DNA from: Promethearchaeota archaeon
Lineage (GTDB): Archaea; Asgardarchaeota; Lokiarchaeia; Sigyniarchaeales; SOKP01
Direction: 5' to 3'
Length of the DNA: 45,476 nucleotides
NCBI GenBank assembly: GCA_048941015.1
Contig: JBHLNZ010000022.1
Coordinates: 1,874 to 47,349, forward strand
Made by a program: the position numbers and the translations under genes. This document shows, piece by piece, positions 26,869 through 37,573 of this stretch. The stretch's first letter is position 1, and the number at the start of each line of letters is the position of its first letter. The notes beneath the pieces are model-generated. The model did not search any database and had not been told where the DNA came from. It saw only the letters and a list, made by a program, of their open reading frames with translations.

Positions 26869-27754
26869 CCATATCTATTATAATAGTATCTTCTTGTTGA
26901 GCTACAGGTGCACCTGATCTCTCGATAAGTATGGGATAATGGTCTAGAATTTTTTTCCGGACAAATGAATCGATAATTCTTTGTACTTTACTCTTAGGAA
27001 TAATGTCATGCTTTTCAAGTAATCGAGGAGAGAAAGGAAGGTTATTAGTGAGTTTCTCGATTTTATTCATGTATCCTTGTTCTTCATAAGGTATATTCTT
27101 TTTCATTTTTTTAGCAAATCTATAAATATATGATTGTTTTCCATTAGTAACCTTTCCAATTCCTGAAGTGGTAAACGGTTCACAAGCATAAGCATCACCT
27201 GGTTTTAAGACTTGATTATGTGCGATATCTTTATAGTTTGGAATAAATGGCCCTGCATGTAAATTAAAGCGCTTTAATTCATGTCCTCCTAAATTTGTTA
27301 TTGGTCTCAGACCAAAGTTAACGATCTGTTCAGCAATAACTTCACCTAATTCATAAAGCTTCTTTCCTGGTTTAAATATTAATATAGCAGCATCTAAAGC
27401 TGCCTGAGCAGCGTCAATATAGATTTGTAAATCTTTATCATTATTTAAATTAATTGTTAAAGCAGAATCTGCAATATAACCATCATAATGAGAACCTAAA
27501 TCTATTTTTAATAATCCTTTCTCTGGAATGATGGTATTATCATCTATAGGAGGACTGTAATGAGCTGCTATCTCATTTAGAGACATATTTATAGGAAATG
27601 ATAAACTACATCCAGAATCTAAAATTTTTTCTTCACATTGATTCGCAACTTCTAAAAAGGATTTTCCAGGTTTAACAACTTTTTTTGCAAGCTCTTTAGC
27701 AGAATGTACTGCTTTACCAGCCTGGATATAAGACTCAATCCAATTTTCTGTCAT
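26837..27754 (-). CDS. map: Methionine aminopeptidase type II
   Basis: AAHYSP, KIDLGSHYDGYIADSA, NLGGH, LHAG and EPF. Confidence 0.95.
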   Translation of the reverse strand: MTENWIESYIQAGKAVHSAKELAKKVVKPGKSFLEVANQCEEKILDSGCSLSFPINMSLNEIAAHYSPPIDDNTIIPEKGLLKIDLGSHYDGYIADSALTINLNNDKDLQIYIDAAQAALDAAILIFKPGKKLYELGEVIAEQIVNFGLRPITNLGGHELKRFNLHAGPFIPNYKDIAHNQVLKPGDAYACEPFTTSGIGKVTNGKQSYIYRFAKKMKKNIPYEEQGYMNKIEKLTNNLPFSPRLLEKHDIIPKSKVQRIIDSFVRKKILDHYPILIERSGAPVAQQEDTIIIDMDGNPIVTTRK

Positions 27755-27795
27755 TTTCTCAATAACAATTAAAAATTTAAATTTATAATTTTCAT

Positions 27796-29115
27796 TTAAG
27801 GAGTTAACCGATCCGGAGTTCTTGGGTACATTACTGCTTCTCTAATGTCATCAAGCCCACATAAATAAGTTATCCAACGAGCAATTCCTAAGCCGAATCC
27901 TGCATGAGGTGGCATACCATAACCAAAAACATTTAGATGATCTTGAAAAGATAAAGGATTTAAGCCTTTATTTTCTAGTGCTGCAATTAATTTATCTTTA
28001 TTATGGACTCGTGTTCCCCCAGAAGTTAATTCAAGCCAACCCATCTGAAGATCAAAGGATTCACTATACTTGGGATTACTTGACGGCATAATATAAAAAG
28101 GCTTTATTGACATTGGCCAATGTGTAATATAGTAATATCCCTTAATTTCTTCACCCAGCTTTCGATATGCTTCAGTAGATATATCTTCACCCCATTCAAT
28201 ATCAAAATTGAATTTATTTCTGATAAGCTCAAGAATTTCATCATACTTATACCTTATTAATGGTAATTTAGGTAAAACAGTTTTATTTTCCATCTGTAAG
28301 ATCTTTAGTGCATCCATTTTATGAGTTCTGATATCTTTTATAACCTGATATACAAGTTCTTCTAAAATTTTCATAACATCATTCATATCAGAAAATGCCA
28401 TTTCAACATCTAAGGTGAAAATTTCACATAAATGCCTTCTTGTCCGGCTTTTTTCAGCACGAAAGGCAGGACTTATCTCGAATACCCTTTCATAGACTCC
28501 ACATAATTGTTCTTTATATAATTGAGCTGATTGGGTTAAAAAAGCCTCCCTATCAAAATACATAATAGGAAATAGTTCTGTTCCTCCCTCGGTAGCAGAT
28601 CCAATTATTTTGGGAGTTGTAATTTCTGTAAAGTCTCGATCTAATAAAAAATTTCGAATTGATTTTAATGCTTCTGCTCTAATTTCAAAAATTGCTTGAC
28701 TTCTTATAGATCTTAGGTCTAAAGCACGATGGTTTAGCCTTAAATCCAATTCTGATATAGTCTCTCCAGTCATATCGATAGGTAATTTTTCAGGTGTTTT
28801 ATTTAAAACTTTGATTTCTATAGGAATTATTTCTATTCCTCCAGGTGCTGATTTAAATTCCTTAACTTTTCCTTTCACCATAATACAATCTTGATATCCC
28901 AATTTTGCTTTTTCGAAAAGCGCATCAGAGACTTTTCCTTTTTTTAAAGTTATTTGACGTTCTCCATACTTATCCTGCAGAATAATAAATCTTAAACCAC
29001 CTAAATCCCTAAAATTTCTAACCCATCCACCTAAAATTATTTCTTTACCGATTAATTTCGACGAAATATCTTTTGTATAATGAGTTTTTCTCCAATCTCC
29101 AAAATCGTCTAACAT
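27796..29115 (-). CDS. aspS: Aspartate--tRNA ligase, archaeal/eukaryotic type
   Basis: RDLGG, ATEGGTELF, QSAQLYKE, FRAEKS and GMPPHAGFGLG. Confidence 0.95.
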   Translation of the reverse strand: MLDDFGDWRKTHYTKDISSKLIGKEIILGGWVRNFRDLGGLRFIILQDKYGERQITLKKGKVSDALFEKAKLGYQDCIMVKGKVKEFKSAPGGIEIIPIEIKVLNKTPEKLPIDMTGETISELDLRLNHRALDLRSIRSQAIFEIRAEALKSIRNFLLDRDFTEITTPKIIGSATEGGTELFPIMYFDREAFLTQSAQLYKEQLCGVYERVFEISPAFRAEKSRTRRHLCEIFTLDVEMAFSDMNDVMKILEELVYQVIKDIRTHKMDALKILQMENKTVLPKLPLIRYKYDEILELIRNKFNFDIEWGEDISTEAYRKLGEEIKGYYYITHWPMSIKPFYIMPSSNPKYSESFDLQMGWLELTSGGTRVHNKDKLIAALENKGLNPLSFQDHLNVFGYGMPPHAGFGLGIARWITYLCGLDDIREAVMYPRTPDRLTP

Positions 29116-29203
29116 AATAATGCAATGACTAAATTTTCTACCATAAAATTAAATGGTAAAAGGAAAAAAAGAATAAAATTTTTTGCTTTCTTAAGAAGTA
29201 ATA

Positions 29204-30721
29204 ATGGTAAATTTAGAATGGAATGGTAAATCTAATCAAAAGTTATCTGAAGAAAAAAATTTATCACTTGAATTAATTGAGTATATTAATTCACCTTTAA
29301 ATGATAAACTAGAAAAAAACGCTTCAGTAGAAGATAAAAGAGAATGGGAGAATATTCTAATTTTAGGAGATAATAAATTAGTTATGCAATCTCTATTGCA
29401 TGATTTTAATAGCAAAATTAATCTTATTTATTTTGATCCTCCATTTGCCACCGGTGGAGACTTTAATTTAAAAATACTTATTGGTGAAATAAATCAACCT
29501 ACTGGTACTCAAAAATGGATAAATAAAGTTGCATATAATGATACTTGGAAAGGGGGAATAGATGCTTATTTAAGCTTTATGTATGAGCGCTTATTACTTA
29601 TGAGCAGACTACTTTCAGATTCAGGAAGTATTTATGTCCATCTTGATTGGCATATGGTTCATTACCTTAAAATTATTATGGATGAAATATTTGGTGCTGA
29701 TAATTTTAGAAATGAAATAATTTGGGCTTATCCTGCTGCTTCAGTACAAACTAAAAACTTTTTTGTCAGATCCTTTGACGCAATACTATTTTATACTAAA
29801 TCTAATGATTATTTGTTTAATGATGATCCAAATATTTATATGGAATATTCAGATCGGGTAAAAAGTGCCTTAAAAAAAGATGAGAAAGGAATTTATTATC
29901 ATCGAGGTGGAAGTCATAACGGAAAGAAGTTATCTCAAAAAGTTTATATCAAGAAAAAAGGAGTTTTTCCTCGAGATGTTTGGAATGATATCCCTTATGT
30001 TCGTGCAAATACAGTTGAGTATCAAGGATTCTCTACTCAAAAACCTGAACGATTACTTAAACGAATCATTTTAGCTTCTACTAATAAAAATGATCTTGTC
30101 GCAGATTTTTTCTGTGGTTCAGGTACGACATTAGTTGCTGCTGAAAAATTAGATAGGAGGTGGATAGGTTGTGATTCTTCTAAATTTTCTGTTAATATGA
30201 CGTATAAAAGAATTATTGACATAGGGAATGGAAATGATCTTTTAAATTGGAAGAAAACATATAGTAAAAAGGCTAAACCTTTTAAGTTATACAGATTAAA
30301 TGAAAGAAAAGTAGAATATAAGATTCCAATAGAATTTACTTCAATAAAAAAGAATAATGGAGATCTTTTAGATATTTCTAACAATCCTTCGTTTAAAGCA
30401 GATATAATAAATGAACAGAATAAATTTTTTATCGAACTAAAAGGTTATACCATTCCTTATAAAAATTTAATTTCAGAAGAGATTATAGCAAAAATTTTAA
30501 ATTGGTCTGATTGGATTGACTATTGGGCTATTGATATTAATTATCAAGAAAAAGAATTTATCCCTAGCTGGATTTCTTACAGAACGCCCAAAAATCGAGC
30601 ACTTATATTGAAAGCTGGACCTTTCGAGTTTACAAATTCAATTTCTAACAAAATAATGATTAAAACATATGATATTTTGGGAATAGAAATTTTTCAAAAA
30701 TTCAACTTTGAGAGAGAATGA
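29204..30721 (+). CDS. N6-adenine/N4-cytosine DNA methyltransferase (beta class, Mod-like)
   Basis: Catalytic DPPF precedes TQKPERLL and the SAM-binding DFFCGSGTT. Confidence 0.9.
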   Translation: MVNLEWNGKSNQKLSEEKNLSLELIEYINSPLNDKLEKNASVEDKREWENILILGDNKLVMQSLLHDFNSKINLIYFDPPFATGGDFNLKILIGEINQPTGTQKWINKVAYNDTWKGGIDAYLSFMYERLLLMSRLLSDSGSIYVHLDWHMVHYLKIIMDEIFGADNFRNEIIWAYPAASVQTKNFFVRSFDAILFYTKSNDYLFNDDPNIYMEYSDRVKSALKKDEKGIYYHRGGSHNGKKLSQKVYIKKKGVFPRDVWNDIPYVRANTVEYQGFSTQKPERLLKRIILASTNKNDLVADFFCGSGTTLVAAEKLDRRWIGCDSSKFSVNMTYKRIIDIGNGNDLLNWKKTYSKKAKPFKLYRLNERKVEYKIPIEFTSIKKNNGDLLDISNNPSFKADIINEQNKFFIELKGYTIPYKNLISEEIIAKILNWSDWIDYWAIDINYQEKEFIPSWISYRTPKNRALILKAGPFEFTNSISNKIMIKTYDILGIEIFQKFNFERE

Positions 30722-30726
30722 TGATT

Positions 30727-32097
30727 CTATTTTATTATTTCACGTAAAAGAATAGTAGCATAGGATCCTTTCTGGAGTGAAAATTCAAATTTGAAAAGCA
30801 TTCTATTTGGAAAAATATCATCCTCTGTGATATTTAATATTTTAAAACCTGATGGTTTAGCTGTCATTGTTCTAAATGAACCCTTGAAGTCATATTTAAT
30901 TAATAAATCACTTTTAAAAATTTCTTCATTAAAGTTTTCTTGTTCGATAATTTCATTAACTAATTGTTTCATTAACGGAAAATCGTCTAAATTGGTATCA
31001 TATCCAATTAATGGGACCACTATGGCAGCTCTATTTAATCTCAAGGCTTCCATTAAATATTCGTCATATAAACCACCATAGATATACTTAACCTGAGTAA
31101 TATTTCCATTATCATCATCTAAAATACTTATTACATCTCCTTTTACGGGCTCAAATAGAGAATATCCCTTAGACACTCTTAGACTAACCATCTTATTGAA
31201 CAAATAAGATTGAAAAGAGCTTATTAATAATTTTATAAGATGAGAAGGTAATTTATTCACTGCCCCTTTATAGTCATTTGGCGAATGTATTAAGTGTTTA
31301 ATCATTATTCTTTCATAATTTAAACCTTTAGAAAAGGAATTATATGCTTCTTTAAGGTTTCCTGTAGTTTTCAATTTTCTACGACTATCTTGGGCTTCAA
31401 CTGATTCTGTAGGATACACGGATAATACAAATTCATTATATACCTCCTTATATTTCTCTTCTAATATAAAACGTCCAAGGAGATGGGAATTTGGTCTGAA
31501 TGTACCAAATCTTTGGAGGCCATAGTAATTTGGAAAACCTCTTTTATTCAATTTATCATATAATTTGGTGATTTTACCTCTTAAATCTTTAGATTCATCA
31601 ATATTTCTAATTACAATTATGAATTTATTCCCCCAATTACTTCCTAAATCAACTCTTTTTTTTGAAGGACTAATATTTCGAAAGAAAAGATCTCTTATTT
31701 TTAGTTTTTTTAATTCCCTTATGTAATTACCTCTAATTGAAAATCTTTGGACACTAATAGAACACTTGTCCTTTAAACCAGAATAATAAATCGATTCATA
31801 TGGAATTTGTAAGGCATCACCAATTGCCTTTATAGCTTCAAAAGTGTCCTTATTTAATTTTACTAAATTGAAACTGGTATATTTATCTTTTAATTCCTCA
31901 GAGAAGTTAGAAGAAAAATAATCTTCCTTAATTTCTAGTACTTTTCCATTATCAAGAATCTCTTTTACAATAAAATCTCTAAAGCTGTGTTTATATATTC
32001 CTCCAATCCCAGAATGTTCAGGTGTAGAATAATTATCAATCCCTACAATTTTTTCAAGAGAATTCTCATTATTAAGATTCTTGTTATTTTTTACCAA
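30727..32097 (-). CDS. truD: tRNA pseudouridine(13) synthase
   Basis: DFIVKEI, SGLKDK, GNKF, PNYYGLQRFG and KGSYAT. Confidence 0.95.
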   Translation of the reverse strand: MVKNNKNLNNENSLEKIVGIDNYSTPEHSGIGGIYKHSFRDFIVKEILDNGKVLEIKEDYFSSNFSEELKDKYTSFNLVKLNKDTFEAIKAIGDALQIPYESIYYSGLKDKCSISVQRFSIRGNYIRELKKLKIRDLFFRNISPSKKRVDLGSNWGNKFIIVIRNIDESKDLRGKITKLYDKLNKRGFPNYYGLQRFGTFRPNSHLLGRFILEEKYKEVYNEFVLSVYPTESVEAQDSRRKLKTTGNLKEAYNSFSKGLNYERIMIKHLIHSPNDYKGAVNKLPSHLIKLLISSFQSYLFNKMVSLRVSKGYSLFEPVKGDVISILDDDNGNITQVKYIYGGLYDEYLMEALRLNRAAIVVPLIGYDTNLDDFPLMKQLVNEIIEQENFNEEIFKSDLLIKYDFKGSFRTMTAKPSGFKILNITEDDIFPNRMLFKFEFSLQKGSYATILLREIIK

Positions 32098-32121
32098 TTT
32101 TATTATCCTTTACCAATTAAT

Positions 32122-32478
32122 TTACAATAGTTTAAGATCTCCAGTAATTTTGTCTAATTCAGCTGAACTAGCTGGACCAATACCTAATGCCGTTGTTGTT
32201 CCAGGAGGTAATTGTGTTAATCCCGCATCTTTTACCAAAAAAAAAAGGATTTGATCCTTTTCTAATTTCTTAACTATTTCAATTAATTTCTCCAAATTAT
32301 TTACTTTTAAAACTACTTTTTTTTGCCCTGTATCTTTCCATTTTTTCCAAAGAACTTTATTTTTGGCTCTAACTAGATCTGAAGCAGATACAGAAGCGTG
32401 ACATGACTGTGCACACTTCTTACCCGTACCCATTTTTAAATCTGTTCTAATTAATATAACTTGTTTATATTCCTCCAA
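32122..32478 (-). CDS. pth2: Peptidyl-tRNA hydrolase Pth2
   Basis: [29 protein letters not shown] and GIGP. Confidence 0.95.
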   Translation of the reverse strand: MEEYKQVILIRTDLKMGTGKKCAQSCHASVSASDLVRAKNKVLWKKWKDTGQKKVVLKVNNLEKLIEIVKKLEKDQILFFLVKDAGLTQLPPGTTTALGIGPASSAELDKITGDLKLL

Positions 32479-32534
32479 AATAGATTAAACCTCTTATAAA
32501 TAAATATAAAAATTGCCACGTTATTTATGTTAAT

Positions 32535-33044
32535 TTATTCAAACTCAACTCTTATAACATTTCCAGTGATTTCAAGAAATAATTCTTCAAGTTCTTCCGC
32601 AGTAAATAAAACATCATCTTGATCTTTTTTAGAAAGAACTGCTTTAAATTCAATATCGCCTGTAGCTAAAAAGATTTCATTTAGAGAAATTAACTTAAAA
32701 GGAGCTATTAATGCTTCTATCACAGGCCTCGGTTTATTTGTCCTTTCAATTAATATTAACTTATCAATTTCATAGGTTTCTTTAATCCAATCAACTAATT
32801 CTTTAGATATTCTAATTTTATCTTTTTTTCCTACAATAAGAATGACAACATCTTCAAAATCGATAGCTTTGAAGAAAGATACGTCTTTAAGAAAGCTATA
32901 CTTTTCATCATTTTCTAAGTCAAGTAAATCTTTACCTAAATCTAACTCAAACTCCGTAATCGCTCCTGCATCTAATTTTTCTTGACAGCTAGTGCAGAGA
33001 AATCCTGATTTTACGCATGTTATACACGCTGGAAGATTTTTCAT
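32535..33044 (-). CDS. Archaeal NusA-like protein with N-terminal zinc finger
   Basis: PACITCVKSGFLCTSCQEK followed by KH-like segments; ATG at 33044 preferred over the upstream TTG. Confidence 0.75.
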   Translation of the reverse strand: MKNLPACITCVKSGFLCTSCQEKLDAGAITEFELDLGKDLLDLENDEKYSFLKDVSFFKAIDFEDVVILIVGKKDKIRISKELVDWIKETYEIDKLILIERTNKPRPVIEALIAPFKLISLNEIFLATGDIEFKAVLSKKDQDDVLFTAEELEELFLEITGNVIRVEFE

Positions 33045-33073
33045 TAGATTTATTAGATGTATATTCAATTAAT

Positions 33074-33268
33074 TTATAATTCAATAATTTCGCACGTAAT
33101 ATTTTTCAGGATTCTATCAGCAGTTGTAGGATCTGTTTTATACGTATAGAGTTGTTTTTTTGTTCTAAGTTTCAATTTTACAATATCTTTTACACGTTTA
33201 ACCCTACAATGAACAGCATAGTTTGCTAATTCAAGAAATTTCTCTTCTTTAAATACTTCTTTTGGCAA
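33074..33268 (-). CDS. rpl38e: 50S ribosomal protein L38e
   Basis: MPKE...FLELA...RVKR...VKLKLRTKKQLYT. Confidence 0.88.
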   Translation of the reverse strand: MPKEVFKEEKFLELANYAVHCRVKRVKDIVKLKLRTKKQLYTYKTDPTTADRILKNITCEIIEL

Positions 33269-33451
33269 ATCTAATCAACAACGTATTGGAACGGTTTTAT
33301 TTCAATTATTTAAATTCTATTAATTATAGAATTTGAATTTTTTCATTAGTATCCAAAAATTTAATTTAAATCAAGTGTTTAAAAATATAATTTACTAAAC
33401 GAATTTAATTTTCAAATTTAAATTTTACACATATACTTTATTGAGTTAATA

Positions 33452-33613
33452 ATGCCGATTGACGATTTATATAAACGAAAGATTGCTCGATATCATTTAT
33501 TAGAAAAATCTGTTTGTAGACGTTGCGGAGCTTTAAATCCAATAAGGGCTAGGAAATGTAGAAGATGCCATGGGAAGGATTTAAGACTTAAAAAGCGGGA
33601 TTTAACTAAATAA
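33452..33613 (+). CDS. rpl40e: 50S ribosomal protein L40e (53 aa, not ubiquitin-fused)
   Basis: Manual translation MPIDDLYKRKIARYHLLEKSVCRRCGALNPIRARKCRRCHGKDLRLKKRDLTK; below the ORF-track cutoff. Confidence 0.93.
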   Translation: MPIDDLYKRKIARYHLLEKSVCRRCGALNPIRARKCRRCHGKDLRLKKRDLTK

Positions 33614-33813
33614 CTTTTACTTATTTGTTGAATTGTTCTTACTTTTTTCGATCCATATTTTTAGATATCCATATTTCAATTTTATAAAATATTTATAAAA
33701 AATGGATTTTAAACCAAATTCATAAAATTTTTTAAGTCTTATATATAAAGATGCATAAATCACAAATTACTTTTTTCAAAGTATTATAAAAAATATAAAG
33801 GTGAAAATGTTAA

Positions 33814-35490
33814 ATGGCACAACTTGGTGGAACACCTGTTCTTATCATGAAAGAAGGAACTGAACGAACTCGCGGAAAAGATGCAATGGAAAATAATATT
33901 GCTGCCGCTATTGTAATTGCTGAAGCTGTTAGAACATCACTCGGTCCACGAGGAATGGATAAAATGCTTGTTGATCAGTTTGGTGATGTTGTCATTACTA
34001 ACGATGGCGCGACTATTCTGAAAGAAATTGACGTTCAACATCCTGCTGCTAAAATGATGGTCGAAGTAGCTAAAACTCAGGATTCAGAAGTTGGAGATGG
34101 AACTACTACAAGTGTAATTCTCGCAGGAGAATTATTAAAACGAGCTAAAAAATTGTTAGAGCAAAAAATTCATCCAACTGTAATAACTGAAGGATTTAGG
34201 AAAGCTGCTGAGAAAGCTGTTGATATTTTGGATTCAATATCCATTAAAGCTGATATTAATGATTATGATGCATTAAAGAATTCAGCAATGACTTGTATGT
34301 CAAGCAAAATAGTATCAGAATCTAAAGAGAAACTAGCAGAATTATGTATTGATGCTATTAAATCAATTGCAGAAGAAGTTGAAGGAAAATGGGTAGCCGA
34401 CATAGAAAAAGTCCAAATCCAAAAGAAAGAAGGCGAAAGCATCGACGATACCAGACTTATTAAAGGAATAATCCTTGATAAGGAAGTTGTAAGTCCTGGT
34501 ATGCCTAAAAGCGTAAAAGAGGCAAAAATCTTATTACTTCAATCCGCAGTTGAAATTGAAAAAACTGAATTCGATAGCAAACTCCAAATTACAAGCCCAG
34601 AACAAATACAACAATTCCTAGATGAAGAAGAAAATATGCTTCGAACAATGGTCGATAAAATTGTCGCTTCAGGAGCAAATGTTCTTATTTGCCAAAAAGG
34701 AATCGATGATCTTGCTCAACACTTCTTAACCAAAGCTGGAGTTCTGGCCGTAAGAAGAGTGAAGAAATCCGACCTTGAAAAATTATCGAAAGCTACTGGT
34801 GGTATGATCTTCACTAATCTTGATGATGTGACTCCTGAGAAACTTGGTTTCGCAGGTTTAGTAGAAGAACGCAAAATTATGAATGATAGCTGGATCTTTA
34901 TAGAAGAATGCAAAGATCCTAAATCAGTCGTAATTTTAATACGTGGTGGCACAGAACTCATTGTAGATGAAGTAGAAAGAGCTATACATGACTCATTATG
35001 CGTAGTTCGAGATGTTGTCGAAGACCAAAAAGTCGTCGGTGGTGGCGGTGCTCCTGAATTAGAAACCGCTATTCAATTAAGAAAATTTGCATCGACACTC
35101 GGTGGACGTGAGCAACTCGCAGTCGAAGTTTTTGCTGATAGCCTTGATATCATTCCAAAAACTCTCGCAGAAAACGCAGGATTAGACCAAATCGATGTCC
35201 TAATGAAATTACGAGCATCTCATCAAGCTGGTAATAAATTTGCTGGAACTGACCTAGACACAGGAGCCGTTGTTGATGACATGTTCGAAAGTGGTGTTGT
35301 CGAACCTACCGCAGTAAAAGTTCAAGCTATTAAAAGCTCTGCCGAAGCAACTTCAATGATTTTACGTATTGATGATGTAATTGCGGGAGCAAAATCCGCT
35401 ATGCCCCCTGGAGGAATGCCCCCTGGAGGAATGCCCCCAGGTATGGGAGGTATGGGTGGTATGGGAGGAATGCCCCCAGGAATGTATTAA
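33814..35490 (+). CDS. ths: Thermosome (group II chaperonin) subunit
   Basis: [23 protein letters not shown] and GGGAPE; GGM-rich tail; AGGTGA SD. Confidence 0.97.
   Translation: MAQLGGTPVLIMKEGTERTRGKDAMENNIAAAIVIAEAVRTSLGPRGMDKMLVDQFGDVVITNDGATILKEIDVQHPAAKMMVEVAKTQDSEVGDGTTTSVILAGELLKRAKKLLEQKIHPTVITEGFRKAAEKAVDILDSISIKADINDYDALKNSAMTCMSSKIVSESKEKLAELCIDAIKSIAEEVEGKWVADIEKVQIQKKEGESIDDTRLIKGIILDKEVVSPGMPKSVKEAKILLLQSAVEIEKTEFDSKLQITSPEQIQQFLDEEENMLRTMVDKIVASGANVLICQKGIDDLAQHFLTKAGVLAVRRVKKSDLEKLSKATGGMIFTNLDDVTPEKLGFAGLVEERKIMNDSWIFIEECKDPKSVVILIRGGTELIVDEVERAIHDSLCVVRDVVEDQKVVGGGGAPELETAIQLRKFASTLGGREQLAVEVFADSLDIIPKTLAENAGLDQIDVLMKLRASHQAGNKFAGTDLDTGAVVDDMFESGVVEPTAVKVQAIKSSAEATSMILRIDDVIAGAKSAMPPGGMPPGGMPPGMGGMGGMGGMPPGMY
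35401..35483 (+). repeat. Coding tandem repeats of the chaperonin MPPGG/MGG tail
   Basis: ATGCCCCCTGGAGGA x2 plus variants and ATGGGAGGT-type units. Confidence 0.85.
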
Positions 35491-35620
35491 AATTAATTTA
35501 TTTTATTTTTCTTTATTTTTTATTAATCTTTTTATTTTATCTCCGAATATAGTTAACATTATTGACCATAATATTTATTAAGATTAAACAATCTGATGTC
35601 TTAAAATAGTTGAGCCTATT

Positions 35621-36760
35621 TCAGTCTCTAATACCATCATCAGTTATATTAAATGATACTTCTCCTACTGGTAGGTTAGGTGAATGTATTAAATGAGCCA
35701 TTCTAGACGGATGCAACTCTGAATGCAGATTCTGAATGTAGATTCTTGTATGGTTCTCTTGACCAAGAATTGTACCACCAAATGGTTTAAGAGGATCACC
35801 TAACCTGGATTCGGTTATATGTCTTATAGAGTAAGTAAAGAATACAATGATATTATAATCCTGAGCTAAGCGGTACAGGTTCAAAAGTAAGGCTTTAAAT
35901 AATGAATTAACCTTGAAAAGATTGTCTATTGGCAAATAGTCTTCTGGCCATTCAGAATATTTATACATCAAATTTTTGGGTAAAACTTGATTAGAATCTT
36001 TATATAAATATTCATTAATGATATGAGAAGTCAAACCATCCATCACTAATAATTTGATATTTTTTTCTTTTAATAAGGGTTCAATTTCTTTTAATCCTTT
36101 AAATTGATCATCAGTTTTCTCTGCTCTTCTAAAAAAAATTCTTTTTAGCACTCTTTTATAATCTAAATTTAGCGAGTCAGCCATCTGTATAATCCTCTCA
36201 TGCCTAAATGAACCATCTACATCAATATGACATGCTGAAGCTTCTAAACCACCTTGTTCATAGGGAAGTTGGACATTAACACACAACTGATGTGAAAGTT
36301 GAGATTTCCCTACTCTATAATCCGCAAATACTTCATAAATAGAACCCAGTTCCAAACCTCCTCCTAAAAGAGCATCCAGCATTTTGCTACTAGTAGTTAA
36401 TTTATTTTCTTTGTTCAAATTATTAAGTTCTGGTTTTATCCCCGAGATACGTTTTAGCTGCGGATGTGGCTCTAAGCATTTAGTGGCATAATCTTCACGA
36501 TTTCTTTCTTCATTCTCTTTCCACTTCCTAATATGATACTCTTCATTAAAAAAAGAAATGTAAACCTTCTCTTCATTTATATAGATCATCGCTTCATATA
36601 ACAAGTCTGTAATATATCTCTCTAAGTCTTTTTCGGAGATGTGGATTAGAGATATTATATCTTTAAAGCTCAATCCGTTGGTGGAATTATGAATCAAATA
36701 GAATATTTTTTTCTTGATTTCATAATCATTATCCCTTAACCCTTCCTCATCTCGAAACAT
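35621..36760 (-). CDS. RadA/Rad51 paralog with N-terminal winged-helix domain
   Basis: LDALLGGGLE, YRVGKSQLSHQLCVNVQLP, IDVDGSFRHERI, LLVMD and SPNLP...GIRD. Confidence 0.85.
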   Translation of the reverse strand: MFRDEEGLRDNDYEIKKKIFYLIHNSTNGLSFKDIISLIHISEKDLERYITDLLYEAMIYINEEKVYISFFNEEYHIRKWKENEERNREDYATKCLEPHPQLKRISGIKPELNNLNKENKLTTSSKMLDALLGGGLELGSIYEVFADYRVGKSQLSHQLCVNVQLPYEQGGLEASACHIDVDGSFRHERIIQMADSLNLDYKRVLKRIFFRRAEKTDDQFKGLKEIEPLLKEKNIKLLVMDGLTSHIINEYLYKDSNQVLPKNLMYKYSEWPEDYLPIDNLFKVNSLFKALLLNLYRLAQDYNIIVFFTYSIRHITESRLGDPLKPFGGTILGQENHTRIYIQNLHSELHPSRMAHLIHSPNLPVGEVSFNITDDGIRD

Positions 36761-36938
36761 TATATTTATTTAAAGTCAATTGTCTTTACTTTATTTTTTA
36801 AGTAAATCTAATATTTAAATGGTATTTGTTAAAGATTTTGCCTCATAATATAAGATAAGGATGAGGGTAAAAAAATATTATATATATCTCTGATACTAGA
36901 TAAACTGAAGCATAAATATTTTCAAGAGGAATCTGAAA

Positions 36939-37178
36939 TTGCCATGTTTTTTTAGAAAAGTAAAGATAAAAGAGATTCTTGATGAATTAAAGATCATAGA
37001 TACGGATCTTTTGTACCAAGAAATGCTCAAACGGTATTCGGATGAGCAGTTACATGAGATGTCAGAAGAGGAAATTATTAACCTCATCAATGAAATATGG
37101 AGAGAAATGAAGATGTTATTTTGGAGGTTAAAAAAGGCAAAGAAAAAGACCATAGACGTGGAATTAATGTATCGTTAA
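36939..37178 (+). CDS. Small helical hypothetical protein ending in MYR
   Basis: 79-aa ORF with GAGG upstream; start codon uncertain. Confidence 0.6.
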   Translation: MPCFFRKVKIKEILDELKIIDTDLLYQEMLKRYSDEQLHEMSEEEIINLINEIWREMKMLFWRLKKAKKKTIDVELMYR

Positions 37179-37208
37179 TAAGCTCTACTAAAACGCTTAA
37201 ATTCTAAT

Positions 37209-37499
37209 ATGGTTTATTTTTTATGTATGATTGAATCCAATGATCTTGGCAACATGGTGTGTCCAAATTGTAATACGTTAGTTGAAGAGACGGCAAGAAA
37301 GAGTATTTTCTACAATTTTTACAGGTGTCCTAATTGTAAAAAAACCTTTAGAGTCAAAAAAGAGAAATTTGCGACTTCCACTGTATTGGAGCATCAATTG
37401 GAGAAAATAATTAACATCCTTTATTTATTAGTGACGATTTTCATAATTTACATTATCATTGATCTCGCTTTATTTTTCCTTCGGTACCCATTTACATGA
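37209..37499 (+). CDS. Zinc-ribbon protein with C-terminal TM anchor
   Basis: CPNC...CPNC followed by one hydrophobic helix. Confidence 0.7.
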   Translation: MVYFLCMIESNDLGNMVCPNCNTLVEETARKSIFYNFYRCPNCKKTFRVKKEKFATSTVLEHQLEKIINILYLLVTIFIIYIIIDLALFFLRYPFT

Positions 37500-37573
37500 T
37501 CTAGCAATTACAGAGAACTATTGTGGAATATTATTCCGGAATAAATTTAAGTTAGTGCCTTAAGGAATTTAGC

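Noticed and set aside
35401-35483. Short direct repeats as a possible CRISPR or VNTR element
   Set aside because: They are in-frame codons of the ordinary chaperonin Gly-Met tail, with no spacers.
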